Below are positions 25,913 through 37,722 of a DNA stretch of 54,350 bases, one piece after another; the first letter of the stretch is position 1; every line of letters begins with the position of its first letter. The translations under genes were made by a program, and so were the position numbers. Source of the DNA: Halocafeteria seosinensis (lineage: Eukaryota); NCBI GenBank assembly GCA_001687465.1, contig LVLI01000315.1, forward strand, positions 1-54,350, given 5' to 3'. The notes beneath the pieces were generated by a model, which saw nothing but the letters and a program-made list of their open reading frames with translations, had not been told where the DNA came from and did no database searches.

Positions 25913-25972
25913 GAGGATTATTCCAACTCTTTGTCTTCTGGTGCCGCTTCTGCAACAGAGCTAGCATTTGCT

Positions 25973-28027
25973 TCAGTCGCTTGAATGTTCATCTTCTCCA
26001 TCATCATCATCGACTTTAACATGAGGGAAATCCTCTTCATAGTCGCCATCGTCCTCGGGAGACCCAACGGATGCAGCTTCGGCCTTAACCTTGGGAACAT
26101 CTTTGCGAATGTAGCGGTCCTCTTCGACATCACGTAGGAACATTTCATAGTCGTCATCCTCTTTAGCTTTATCTTCTGCTTTCTTTTGGTCATCCATTTG
26201 GAGCCTTTGTAATTTCCAATTACGTTGGCGCGACTTGGATCGCCATTTGGGGTAATGCTTCCGCACAAGCACAACATCAGGTAATTCGACCTTCTTATTA
26301 TAAACCCCACCTCCACTCTTCGACTTCGCTTTGCCTTTTCCGGACGCCTTTCCAGTTCGAACAACATCTTGAGACTCGTTGACGTACTCATCATTGATAT
26401 TGGCGGAAGCCAGATCGTAGCCCAAGACACTGTCCCCAGGTTTCAGAATGTTACCCAAATGGCTGCGCACTGTAAAGATTTCGTCGTTGGCACCTAGGTC
26501 CTTCGTTCTGGCCACCTCAACATCAGCTAGTAAAAACTTTCCTCGTGGGCCCCCAGCAACCGTCGTCCCTACACTGCTGTTTCCGCTCTTCATACCACTC
26601 GATGCCAAAGAGTGGGCTACGCTCAACCCCATTTTTCTACTGAACCTTGAGTTACTGACTAAAGAGTTGCTCACTGCTCCACTTTGAACAGCAACAGATT
26701 CACGCTCATCATCATCATCGAGTGCAGGTTCATCTTCCCCATCTTCTTCGATAGTCTGAAGTTTCCCTCTGTTTCTCCGCTTTACTTTCCGTTTGGCCTT
26801 CGAAGGAGCCCCTCGTTTTCTCGATGCTCCCTCTATGATAACAGGTGTCACATCCAGGACAGTAAACTCCGTAAGTTGTTTGGCACTCATAAGTGCTTGG
26901 CACGGACAACGGTAAAACTTTTCACTGGTTATTTCAGCCGTCTGTATGGCAACGGGGTCCACGATATTCACATGATTCGATACTCTGTATACCAATGCCA
27001 ATGGCGAGAAGGACCCTAAGGAAGCAGCGAGTTTGGGTGGCAACACGACGAGGTCATCTTTGCATAACGGAACGATTTCGACAGCCAGGGTATGCTTATA
27101 ATTATAGTGAGACGTATGCACATCATGAGACACCAGCTCCTTGGCACTCTTGTGGCGACAGGGGATCACGGACTGTAGGAAGTCAACGAACTTCATCGCA
27201 TTGCTCTTGCTGTTAAAGTGAAAGTCCACTCCCTCCGGAACCTGCTCGATGTTGATGCAGTTTTCATGAGCCTTGTACTTGATAATCAGTTGCTCCAGGT
27301 AGAAAAACGTCTTCTTATGATTCACGCGCTGGCGCACTTGGACACATGCCTTCCACGAATGCGGCGTGAAACTACGCTGACAATCGTCGCATTGGAGATT
27401 TTCAACAACAAATTCGACGGGAAAGCTTTGTTGCAATTTCACACCGTTGATCGCCTGATCATGAAAAGTTCTTGGTAATTGGGAGCATACGACGTATTTC
27501 ACTACTGCTGACTAGTGCTTACCTCTTTCTGGATGGTAAGTTTTACTCGGATCCGTCTCGACGATGGCGGGGTCCAAATAAAACTAGCGTCCACCAGCTT
27601 AACTTTGTTCAACTTCGGTATCTTTTTGAGGCAAATAGCCAACAATTCACGGGATTCCCACTCCACGGAGGCCCACGGTGGTCGCGAGAAGCGTCCACAC
27701 GACCTACAATGGTGGATGGACAGTTCTCTCGGGATTCCTTCCGTGACATCCACTTGAGTTCGCAGACACGGAATACACATGTTAGCGGCATTAGGCTTGA
27801 TTTGGCTCCCACACATGCAACATAAACTGTAAATGACAAGCTCAAGTTGAAGTAGATAAAGTCTTGTTTAGAAACCAGCTCCCTTACATTGTGGATTCCG
27901 TATGGTACTGCTGAGGATGAGCGACATTTCCAGTTCCCCCGGTGTTGCCCTCTTCTTCCTCCACTATTTCTGGAAGAGCGTCATGAATATCCTGCTCAAA
28001 TGTGGTGGTGTCACCTGCCGCTTGCAT
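25973..28027 (-). CDS. NMD3: 60S ribosomal export adaptor NMD3, 3 exons
   Basis: CCMCG...NAANMCIPC, CRSC, ESRELLAICLKK, QCDDC...WKACVQVRQRVNHKKTFFYLEQLI, SHLGNILKPGDSVLGYDL, PDVVLVRK, DYEMFLRDVEED. Confidence 0.96.
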
Positions 28028-28384
28028 TGTTGCTGCCAACACCAGTCGTTTTGTTTTTCGTCCAAACGCAGTCCTAAGTTACTTTACGCCGAGATGCAGT
28101 ATCAAATGCTGCTCTCTCTCTTTATCTCTCTCTGTTATCATTACAAAATCTAGGAGCATGTTTGCCGGAAGTGCGTGCATGCTGGGTTCTTCTTCAAATG
28201 CTCAATCAAGTAGACGAAAAGATTGTCTCGCTCTGAACTTCAACTTTGGAACTCGGGAATCGATTCACCTCACTCCATCTATTCCCTACTACTCCCATAG
28301 CCTAGGTGTTCGTAATTCTTTTCGTTTTCTCCCGTTTTATCAGTTCCTCGGATATTGCTACTTGCTGGTATTGAATTGCTAAGG

Positions 28385-28718
28385 ATGTCGTCTCCTGACG
28401 AAGTCAAGCGCATGACCAAACTGGAGATTACAGGGCTCAATGATATCCATAACAGGTAAGACTCGGGCCCTTTACAGTTTCACCAAGTGACGGCGCCGAT
28501 ACGCATTGCGTTCTAATGGTCGCTCTTGAACCTGCAGAATTGTCACACAGTGCTACCAGAAATGTGTCAATACAGCTAAGAATGACAACTTAGAAGTGGG
28601 CGAAGTGGCATGCTTGGACAGATGCGTTCCGAAATATTTTGAGGCACACAATATCGTGCAAAAGGAGTTTCAGAAAATAAATACGGCTCAGCAACAACAG
28701 CAGCAGCAAGCGCAATGA
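28385..28718 (+). CDS. TIM10: Mitochondrial intermembrane-space small Tim chaperone Tim10, 2 exons
   Basis: ...LNDIHNR|IVTQCYQKCV...LEVGEVACLDRCVPKYFEAH, a twin CX3C motif. Absent from the ORF track. Confidence 0.9.
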
Positions 28719-28975
28719 AGAGAACCTTTTGGTCAGGCTCAATGGATGCTCCAGGAGAGCAGTCTCCTTTGCGAAATCAAAGTGGACCTACTTTAAAATT
28801 ATCGAATAGGGCGTGAATAGTATGGAAAGAATGGGGAAACAACTCCTCATTGTGTGCCGCGAATCCTTTGGTTGATACAACCAGCGAGAGAAGAGTGCAC
28901 GGACGCAACTTATACTTGTACGATTTACTGGCATGCCAAAATGTACAAAAACATCCGAAAGGTGTCGTGTTGTTA

Positions 28976-30659
28976 TCATTTACTAGACTCAGATAAACGC
29001 TCTTTTCGCTTCTCTTCTCCGATGTGCTCCTCTTCGTGAGGATCAATTTGAACACTGCAAGGAAATCATCGAAGTATGCTAACAACAATGTATAGACGCT
29101 TTCCCCTACGAAGACAGACGCACCTAATATCCGTGAACATCTCCTGAGGTAGATACTTGTGGAAGTTTGATTTGCGAATAGGGGCATCATAACCGTGTAA
29201 GTTCTTCGCGCGGACTCGTTCTTCGTCTTCAACGGTTTGGCCATCCAACGTTGCCAATAGAGGCAAGCGATAGAGGGTTCTTAATCGGCATAAATCATCG
29301 TCATGAAAAGGATTATCGCGCGTGTCGACGTGGGAAAGCAAGGAGAGCTGTACCAGCGGTTCGATGTCATAAACGGTCTCTATCTTGTTTTGGCTGCATA
29401 CCAGTTCGTACAAGAGCTTGCAGCCCTGTAGTCCCTCCAGGTGAGTCAGTAGGTTATTAGCCGCGTCAAGTCTCTCTAGGTATTGTAACCGCTTCAACGG
29501 CTCAAGAGTGCATATTTCGTTACCACTTATATCCAAGCTGACTAATCGATCGGCAGTAACAAGTTCTTCAACGGACGAGAGACTGTTGTTGCTGAGATCG
29601 AGATGCCTCAGAAAGCTGAGAGAGCTCAAATCATGTATCCTGGAGATCTGATTCCCCGAAAGTTTTAGAATCTGAAGACTGGCATGCTGAGATATGTCAT
29701 TCAGCTCAGAAATGTTATTGTTACTCAAATTGGCATATTCAACGCATGAGTCTGTGACAGTGATTACTCCCCCTTGCTTTTCCTCTTCATACTGACATCG
29801 ACTCCTTTCTAGTGGCCTAAAATCCAGGACATTCTGTAACCGATTTCCTGTAGCTTCTATAGAAGTAATGAAAGGGTTGACCTCCAGGTCTTGTAGAGAC
29901 ATGAGACTAGTATCTCGGATCACCAAAATCTGGATAACGTGGTATACAACGATGAGTAACAGGATACTTGCCAATTCTATGAAGAGGCAGTCATATCAGT
30001 TCACGTACTTGCAAGGCTCGAAGTCGCTGGAGTCGTTGTCTCAGCTGTTCCAAATCACAATTCTGCGAGTGCACAAAGTCAATAGTCATCATGCGAGACG
30101 GAGTCTCAACCTTCTACCGCTCGGTCCTTACCGACGCATTCCAACCGACTATGGCTCTATTCAGCGTAGAAGGATCTATTCCTAAGATGTACTTTTCTCC
30201 TCTATACTCCACAGGTGTGTTGCAAGATCCAAGAACGTTTATGTCCTTCCAAGGCGCCCACTTTTCTGCCATAGACTTGGCGATAGTTTCTTCGTCAATA
30301 GTCCTTGTTTCCTTCTGATCACTTTCTTGGCCTCTCTCTCCTGTAGTAGAACGCACCGACTCTGCATTTGACGCTTGCTGTTGAGATTCGGTAACCTCAT
30401 GGAGATCTAGAGTTTCTGTTTCCTCCTCCTCCTTTGTTTCGGTTTCACGGTCATCCTTGGCATCCACCTCCTCCTTCTGCTCAGTCGTCCCCGTTGCATC
30501 TTGATGCTTTGCCTCTGATGCATCTAGGGCTGGTTCCTCTGTAGACGCCACTGCTGCATGATCCCGTGAGGAATCAATAGTTTGGCTCTGTGTGCTCCCA
30601 TTTTGTTGCGGTAGATCCAAAGGTTTGACCACCGGCCGCTCTTCTGTATTCGACGACAT
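28976..30659 (-). CDS. SDS22-type leucine-rich repeat protein with LRRcap (LRRC23/LRGUK-like, possibly ciliary)
   Basis: Repeats of the LxLSxNxI type, then DNPF...RLRTLYRLPLLATLDGQTVEDEERVRA. Acidic N-terminal extension. Several GT-AG introns. Confidence 0.8.
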
Positions 30660-30885
30660 GTTCGTATGTTCCCTTGTTTGACACTCCCTCTCCCTCAATC
30701 CGGCGTTTATGGACCATTTAATCTGTAACTTCAACAACGGTCACTTGCTACTGGATGGCGGCTTCACAGTCTCGGCAGCGGGTACTGGCAGACTTTTGTT
30801 GTTTTCAGCTGTTTGTTGGGTTGATCCGGGGAATGCTGTGGCTGCCCGTTGTTAGCACCTAGGAGGAAGGGGTTCGCCGTGCAAA

Positions 30886-32730
30886 ATGATGCTACATCTG
30901 AAAGGGTTTATCATCATCTCTACAGTCTTCGTGGTGGCTTTCTCCTTGGGGCTTTCGGTCAGTCCTCAATGGTTTCATGAGCGTGAGACACCTCGATACA
31001 CGCGGGATGTGGTGACCCCAGCTCCTCATAGGGAAAGGGAAAGGCCTCCGTTGCGCAGTACGCCCGAGGAGGTCCAGACGCCGCCAAGACAGAAAGAGAA
31101 TGAGCAATTACCAGAGAAAACAGAGCCCACTGACGCCAGCACCAGTGGAAGTGCAAATGGTGATGACGCAGACGATAATGGAGCCAGCAAGTCACAATTT
31201 CGCCCAGTTAACACAGGAGGGAAGGCGCCGAAACGGGGACAAAGCCCTTTTGAGAAAAAATACCTTTCTCTGCCTGGAATGCAGGCGCCCCCAAGCATAG
31301 AGCTTCTGGCTGGAGGATCGCCTGTGGTACTGGTGACGGGAGGTGCTGGCTTCATTGGGTACCATTTCATCGACGCATACCTTCGTGCATTCAAAGACAG
31401 TAATGTTCGTTTTATTGCGCTTGACAATTTTAACTCATACTATGACCCTGCGCTCAAGCGCATGAGAGCCGCTCGACTGAATGTCAATCATGGGATAGAA
31501 GTTGTCGAAGGTGATACCTGTGATAAAGAACTAGTTCATAGTCTTTTTGAAGACGAGGGAGTTACGCATGTCGTGCATTTGGCTGCACAACCAGGTGTGG
31601 GGTATTCCCTCAAACATCCACAAGAATATATTCGGTCGAATCTCATGTGCGAGGTCGAAATGCTGGAAGAAGTCAGAAGCCAACAAGCTAAACGCAAGTC
31701 GAGGATCCCATTCGTGTATGCCTCCTCGTCTTCTGTATATGGGGGTGTTAAGCAATATCCCTTCGATGAAGGAGTTTCTTTGCTTCGCCAAATCAACGTA
31801 TACGGGGCCAGCAAAGTTGGGCAGGAGAATATAGCCCGTGCATACCACACAAACTTCGACATACCTGTCTTAGGGTTGCGGTTTTTCACTGTGTATGGTC
31901 CGTTTGGTCGTCCAGATATGGCTGTTGCGAAATGGTCAGAGTGGTTACTTCGAGGAGAAAAAGCAGTTATTTATGAAACGAAGGACAAGGGATCGGTAAA
32001 GAGGGACTTCACCTACGTTCACGACATCGTAAATGGGATCTTCGGCTCCGTTCTCGTCGCTTCCGAGAAGTCATACCCAGCGAAACTGCCAGGAATGGTG
32101 TTCAATATCGGTCATGGGGAACCAGAATCCATCAAAGAAATGATGACATATTTGATACGCTACTGTGGCTTGGAAGATACGAAAACAGGGATCACGTGGC
32201 AGGAGCTGCCCAAGTCCGAAATGGAGACCACTTTCGCCAACACCACCCTGCTTGAGTCTCTAACTGGTATAAAGCCTAAAGTTTCTCTTAAAGATGGAGT
32301 GTATGCCGCTGCAATCTGGTATAAGGAGTACTTGTTCCCAGGAGAGATCATTTACTTGTTTGCTCCGAGTGACAGCGCGGCTACTCGGAAGCAGGTTGAA
32401 AAGTGGTATGACTACGTGCATATTCACAACTTGAAGGCAAAAGTTTTCCACCACGATCTGAAGGACTCATTCTTGCAAGACAAAGAAACTGGGAATATTC
32501 GTTTTGTCCAAACATCAGAAACAACCGACAAGGCAATTGAAGTTTATAAGCAGCATTTGATACAGCTAAAACAAGAGGTTGTAGCCCATTTCCTATTGCC
32601 CCAGGTGATTCTGCAGGGTGATATCTCATCCATTCCAGAGATGGAGGACCCTTTCCAGTCTAAGGATTTCCAGAGACTCTGTAGGATTGACCAGTCCAAA
32701 GAAGATTATCCTTACCAGCAGTGCTCCTAG
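30886..32730 (+). CDS. Type II membrane UDP-glucuronate 4-epimerase (GAE/CapI-like extended SDR) with C-terminal extension
   Basis: N-terminal signal anchor and stem, VTGGAGFIG, DNFNSYYD..LK..R, HLAAQPGV.YSL, ASSSSVYG, YGASK, RFFTVYGPFGRPDMA, RDFTYVHDIV. Confidence 0.9.
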   Translation: MMLHLKGFIIISTVFVVAFSLGLSVSPQWFHERETPRYTRDVVTPAPHRERERPPLRSTPEEVQTPPRQKENEQLPEKTEPTDASTSGSANGDDADDNGASKSQFRPVNTGGKAPKRGQSPFEKKYLSLPGMQAPPSIELLAGGSPVVLVTGGAGFIGYHFIDAYLRAFKDSNVRFIALDNFNSYYDPALKRMRAARLNVNHGIEVVEGDTCDKELVHSLFEDEGVTHVVHLAAQPGVGYSLKHPQEYIRSNLMCEVEMLEEVRSQQAKRKSRIPFVYASSSSVYGGVKQYPFDEGVSLLRQINVYGASKVGQENIARAYHTNFDIPVLGLRFFTVYGPFGRPDMAVAKWSEWLLRGEKAVIYETKDKGSVKRDFTYVHDIVNGIFGSVLVASEKSYPAKLPGMVFNIGHGEPESIKEMMTYLIRYCGLEDTKTGITWQELPKSEMETTFANTTLLESLTGIKPKVSLKDGVYAAAIWYKEYLFPGEIIYLFAPSDSAATRKQVEKWYDYVHIHNLKAKVFHHDLKDSFLQDKETGNIRFVQTSETTDKAIEVYKQHLIQLKQEVVAHFLLPQVILQGDISSIPEMEDPFQSKDFQRLCRIDQSKEDYPYQQCS

Positions 32731-33103
32731 TGCTCCTAGTCCACAACGACGGTTGTGACACACCGGTAGACTACGAATAATAGTATTAGCTACAATCGAA
32801 CACAGGAGGATATTTACTAACTTTTGTTATTGTACTCAAAGCATTTGTTCACTTGTTTAGGTTCATTTTTTTTTAACATACGGAAGTGCTTGAAGGGATG
32901 GGTATGTTCACGGATGTACCAGTCGCGAGGTTCTTCATCCACTCGCGCCTATGCGGTGGTTGCTTGCGCCGTACGCTGGTAGTGTCTTCAGAAACGCGGT
33001 GATGCGACAGACCAAATGAGTACGGTTCATGATTGAGAAGATGATCGATCGATCAGGGAGCAACACACTGATTCATTCCCTTGGGTCTTAGAATCTCTTA
33101 GCA

Positions 33104-36017
33104 CTATTCGATATGATATTCAACATTACCAATACCCTTCCACAGCTTGTTTGTATCAGCCATATTAGACAACGGTCGACCTTGTTTGTTTGACAACTCC
33201 TCCTTATTCTCAGCCGTGAGCGGAAGTCCTCGGCCTAGATCCAGTGGCAACAAAGGAGATGTGGAACCGTATTGTCGAACAGCTGCTTCCTTAGTCTCGT
33301 TGCTGAATTTGAGCGCAGCAACAAAACGATGGCAACACTTGAAAGGATCTTGTTTGCCTAAATCAGCCCGCATCTTATCGTACGCGCGCCGGGCGTTGCT
33401 AGGATTCGTGACCGTGCCTTTGAGAATCGCTTCATCTTTTTGCTCATCTGTTAAGTACTGAAGACTAGGATCAGTGGTCTTCGCAGCGTCCCTGAAATAC
33501 CCACTACATGTTACCCTGCTTTGAATGATCACAGAGCCTGGTTTCCGGTTTTTTCGAGTCAGGAAGCACATGTCGGCTCCAGCAGATTGGGAGAGCAGAA
33601 AACAAATATGATCGAAGTCGAAGTCGGAGAAAGTGTCCTGAGGAGGAAATTTCTTAAACAAGCATTTAAGCTCAGTCCCGTCAACGTATTCCGAAGCAAC
33701 GCGACGGAGATTCTTGCAGAAGCGGATTTCACAGTGGACAGACTGGAGGTCAGTAATCACGTCTTCAGCCGCTGCGCTCAACTCAGGTTGGTCGCCATCT
33801 CTATAGTCCTCAAGGTAGCCTAGAAACCCCCAAAACGTATCCCATAGAGTTCGAGATGTAGAGATATCAAACTTCGGTACTGTCAAAAGCAGATGGTGGC
33901 ACAGCAGAGGTTCCGTACACTCTCCGAGGCCTGAGTGACTTAGCAACAGACTCTCAGAAATGATTTTGGTGATAATCGAGTTTAGCGTCTGAAGTTGCAC
34001 TTTCTGTGGGTCATTATTCAGACGCCGCTCCGCTTCCTCGCAGATGCAGTCTCTCAGAAACGGCTCCTCACTAATTACCGCGCGTTCGTCATGTATAGTC
34101 ACTGCACTGTCAACAACTAGGCAGTCCATCAGTTTTTCCGCCAATTTCGAATCTGCAGCATCTAGCTGGATGGCTGCATAAATTGTCATCATTGCAGTGA
34201 AGCCCGAAATGCCTCCGTCTGCCGTTGGACGGTCGGACCGGAGAGCAGCTTGTACCAATTTTTGGATCATGCTTTCCTGGAACACCACCGTTTGTCGCAC
34301 CGCTCTCTCTAATATGTTCTTAATCCCCGTCGGTGTCAACTTCGTCACCTTCATTTTTTCGCCAATGGAGCGGACAAGTTCTGCTGCCCAGCGTCCTCTG
34401 CCTTCTAGCAATTTGACTTGTTGTCGGAACGTTTCGCACGTGTCAAGAAGGTTATCCCATGGACCGGCCACGTCAAAATAGACGAGGACTAATTCTCTGA
34501 TGCGGTTAGCGGTAAATATGTCCACATCGTGCACTTCCCGGAGCAAAAACCGCGTACGTGAGAACTTTGCCATTTTCTTCAAGTTCGTGAAGGTCGACTT
34601 TGTTCCCACGTATACACTCCCGATTCCGTGATCCGCAAATAGAGCTGAACATACGACGTTCAAACCGTACATCGCATCTGTCGTCAAAGTGAGATCTTCG
34701 GAGTCACCACCACTATCGTCCTGAGGCCCCTCGACAGGGGGCAGATCGGGTTCGTGAGGAAGAGGAGACTCTTGACCCGCTCTATCATAGTGGGAAATAT
34801 GGACAAATACGCCCCGTCCCTCTTCTTTCAATTCCTGTACCTCGTCTATCGCCATGACAATAGTGACATTTGGGATCAATTCTGTAAGTTTCTCTACAGC
34901 GGACTCTAGTATGGAATTCACTTTCGTACGATCAGGAACAATCAGCGTCTGATGATCAACCGACTTCGAAACCAAGGCCCCATTTTCGTCAGTGCTCAAT
35001 CGACTGTTTATTAGCTTCCTGACTTCACTTTCACCATGCCCGTTGCGGAGAGCCCATAAAGCGGCTATCTTCAAATCATCTTTCTTGAAGCCCCTTGCGC
35101 GCAGTTCGTCTAAAACCTCCGCCGCAAACTCCACGTATACCGCCATAACAAGTTGTACAGTGGCGTACGCTGCATTTGAAATAGCCACCCTCAACTCGTC
35201 CGACGGGTTATCACCAAGCTCGTACCGCAATTTCCGTAACCACCCAGTAATGAAATTCCACGGTTGGGTCACTATTGTACGCTGGCGTTTGTCTGCAACG
35301 TTACACAGAACAACCAGGGCATTAAAATACGGTTCAATAATACTCTCTCTCTCTCTCTAGCAGTGGTCGAGCTTTCATTCCATAGTGACATCACGTCCAA
35401 GTCACTCCCGCAGTGACACAGGTCGCACACTAGTGATAATGCCAGAAATTAGACTCGGAAACGCCGTCAAACCTCCAAAATCCGTAACTTAAAGAAAAGG
35501 CTGGACCCTTTGCGAAGCGTCAAATACTTGTCTCGTGCGCGCATAGTTTCCTAATCAAGTCACACAGCGTATCGGTCAGCAAAAGTACTAGGAGGCCCAC
35601 TTCCTCCGTAAATACGGTAAATATACCGGCTCCCGACGCTCTCCACTCCTCAACTTTCCGCTTCATTTTGTCGCTCTCATCAGGAGGGTACAAATCCATG
35701 AGCCGTTTCTCTTCATATGCGCTGCAAGCTCCACGGTCAGCCAAAAGGAGACAAGCAACCACGACCTTGTGCCTTAACTCCTCTTGTTGGACGTCAGTAA
35801 GGGGCTCATCCATTTTCTCTGAACGTAGAAGTTCTTCTACTTTTTCAATGTCCCCTGACGCAATACGTCCTTTCCTGTCCAAACATTCTGTAATGCGCTC
35901 AGCCCAACGACCCTCATCCGTCACTTTGCATTTTCTAGGGATGAACCAGCGAGCAATTCCCTCAATAGCTTCATCCAACGTAAGCTTTGGCGCTTCCTCT
36001 GGAGCTGCAGCCGCCAT
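33104..36017 (-). CDS. Crinkler/RHS-type (CR) effector-like protein: helical N-terminal header + NTPase-like domain + C-terminal PD-(D/E)xK-like nuclease
   Basis: Exon 1 (36017-35627) splices through GT..AG intron 35626-35293 in frame to the 722-aa ORF. Walker B-like IVMAIDEVQ, then YVGT, LEGRGRW, EEP. REase-like GECTE...SAGADMCF...IIQSR. No Walker A found. Confidence 0.6.
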
Positions 36018-36689
36018 TTTGACGCTATTTTAAATTGGGAGAGTGTGTATAGCGAACTCCTTTCTTGGGCGAAGGCAGACGGCAGTCAGGTGGGAGAAAG
36101 TGTTAAAACCACCTGATGCCGTGCATTGCAATAAAACCTCAGCTCAGCTCAAATGTTTTGCTTCACTTCGCCGTCTCGAAATACAAATCTGCCGATGTAC
36201 AACTAGTTACTTGTGTGTGTGTGTCCCTATGGGAGTATGCTCTAGGTTGGTGGTCCATAATGGCCGTAATGGTGGAACTTCACCGTGGAAGTTCAAATGG
36301 TGAGGTTCAACATGCCACGAATACTGATGCCATGGCTCATGAATCCTAATGGCAGCTGAGCAACTTGAACGTTGGTTGCAAGTACAGCACAGTACAGTGT
36401 ATGCCCGTTGTGGTCTTATGATGATGATGGCCCCACCCAATGCACGAAGGTTGACAACTTACTATAGTTAAAGTTGAATACACTTAACATTGTTCAACAA
36501 TGATTGTTGACAACTGGCACCCCGGCTGGGCCTACCTGCTGCAGTCTCATTAATTATATAGAGTCAATGGGGAATGGAAGGAAGAATGTTGCGCCAAAGT
36601 TTTAGAATTCATGAGACACCGTCCTGGGTGTATCCCAGACGGAATCGGACTGCGCGAATGTAGGGTTGGATCTTTGCTACACACGAAAT

Positions 36690-36776
36690 GATTGATCCGG
36701 CGTTGTTAGCACCTAGGAGAAAAGAGTTCCCCGTGCAAAATGATTCTACATCTGAAAGGGTTCATCATCATCTCTG
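36690..36776 (+). repeat. Diverged direct copy of the epimerase 5' flank and start (about 30821-30921) with an internal deletion
   Basis: ttgatccgg[del]cgttgttagcacctaggag...ccgtgcaaaatgattctacatctgaaagggttcatcatcatctct matches the epimerase start region. Confidence 0.9.
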
Positions 36777-36782
36777 GGTGGC

Positions 36783-37404
36783 TAAACTTCAATTGCCTTG
36801 TCGGTTGTTTCTGATGTTTGGACAAAACGAATATTCCCAGTTTCTTTGTCTGCAAGAATGAGTCCTTCAGATCGTGGTGGAAAACTTTTGCCTTCAAGTT
36901 GTGAATATGCACGTAGTCATACCACTTCTCAACCTACTTCCGAGTAGCCGCGCTGTCACTCGGAGCAAACAAGTAAATGATCTTTTCTGGGAACAAGTAC
37001 TCCTTATACCAGATTGCAGCGGCATACACTCCATCTTTAAGAGAAACTTTAGGCTTTATACCAGTTAGAGACTCAAGCAGGGTGGTGTTGGCGAAAGTGG
37101 TCTCCATTTCGGACTTGGGCAGCTCCTGCCACGTGATCCCTGTTTTCGTATCTTCCAAGCCACAGTAGCGTATCAAATATGTCATCATTTCTTTGATGGA
37201 TTCTGGTTCCCCATGACCGATATTGAACACCATTCCTGGCAGTTTCGCTGGGTATGACTTCTCGGAAGCGACGAGAACAGAGCCGAAGATCCCATTTACG
37301 ATGTCGTGAACGTAGGTGAAGTCCCTCTTTACCGATCCCTTGTCCTTCGTTTCATAAATAACTGCTTTTTCTCCTAGAAGCAACCACTCTGACCATTTCG
37401 CAAC
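36783..37404 (-). pseudogene. Inverted partial duplicate of epimerase CDS 31924-32546
   Basis: Near-identical reverse complement with a few substitutions, a CAG>TAG nonsense change near 36934 and a 1-nt deletion near 36850. Confidence 0.95.
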
Positions 37405-37419
37405 GACCAAAAGGACCAC

Positions 37420-37449
37420 CGCGGCGATGCGACAGACCAAATGAGTACG
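37420..37449 (+). repeat. Direct copy of the epimerase downstream flank 32995-33024
   Basis: cgcggcgatgcgacagaccaaatgagtacg versus cgcggtgatgcgacagaccaaatgagtacg (1 mismatch). Confidence 0.9.
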
Positions 37450-37722
37450 AATAGCATATCCCACTCTATACGATACAATAATTCTTATTATATGTCCACC
37501 ACATACTCTGCAGTAGCTTTCACTTTGGATGCTGTGCTGCTGTCGACTTAACAATGAGTTACTCCTTCACGTGCACTACGTTGCCCTTCGCATCTTAACA
37601 AGCAAACCTGTTGTGAATTCTACCCCCTTGCTTCAGCATGTGATCACTCGTTCAATTGGAAAGCCGCCTGAGGCCGCGTAAGAACTTCGGTCGGTAGAGT
37701 TAACAATTCTAAGCAACTAGGC

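Noticed and set aside
32720..32760. Hairpin cacaac..gttgtg next to CTAG motifs as a Helitron 3' end
   Set aside because: On the strand where the hairpin precedes CTAG, the next base is G rather than T. The stem is short, and no matching 5' TC end or Rep/helicase is visible.
36934..37554. 206-aa ORF as a second functional epimerase
   Set aside because: It lacks the NAD-binding and YxxxK motifs, ends at a nonsense mutation, and its N-terminus is unrelated flank sequence.
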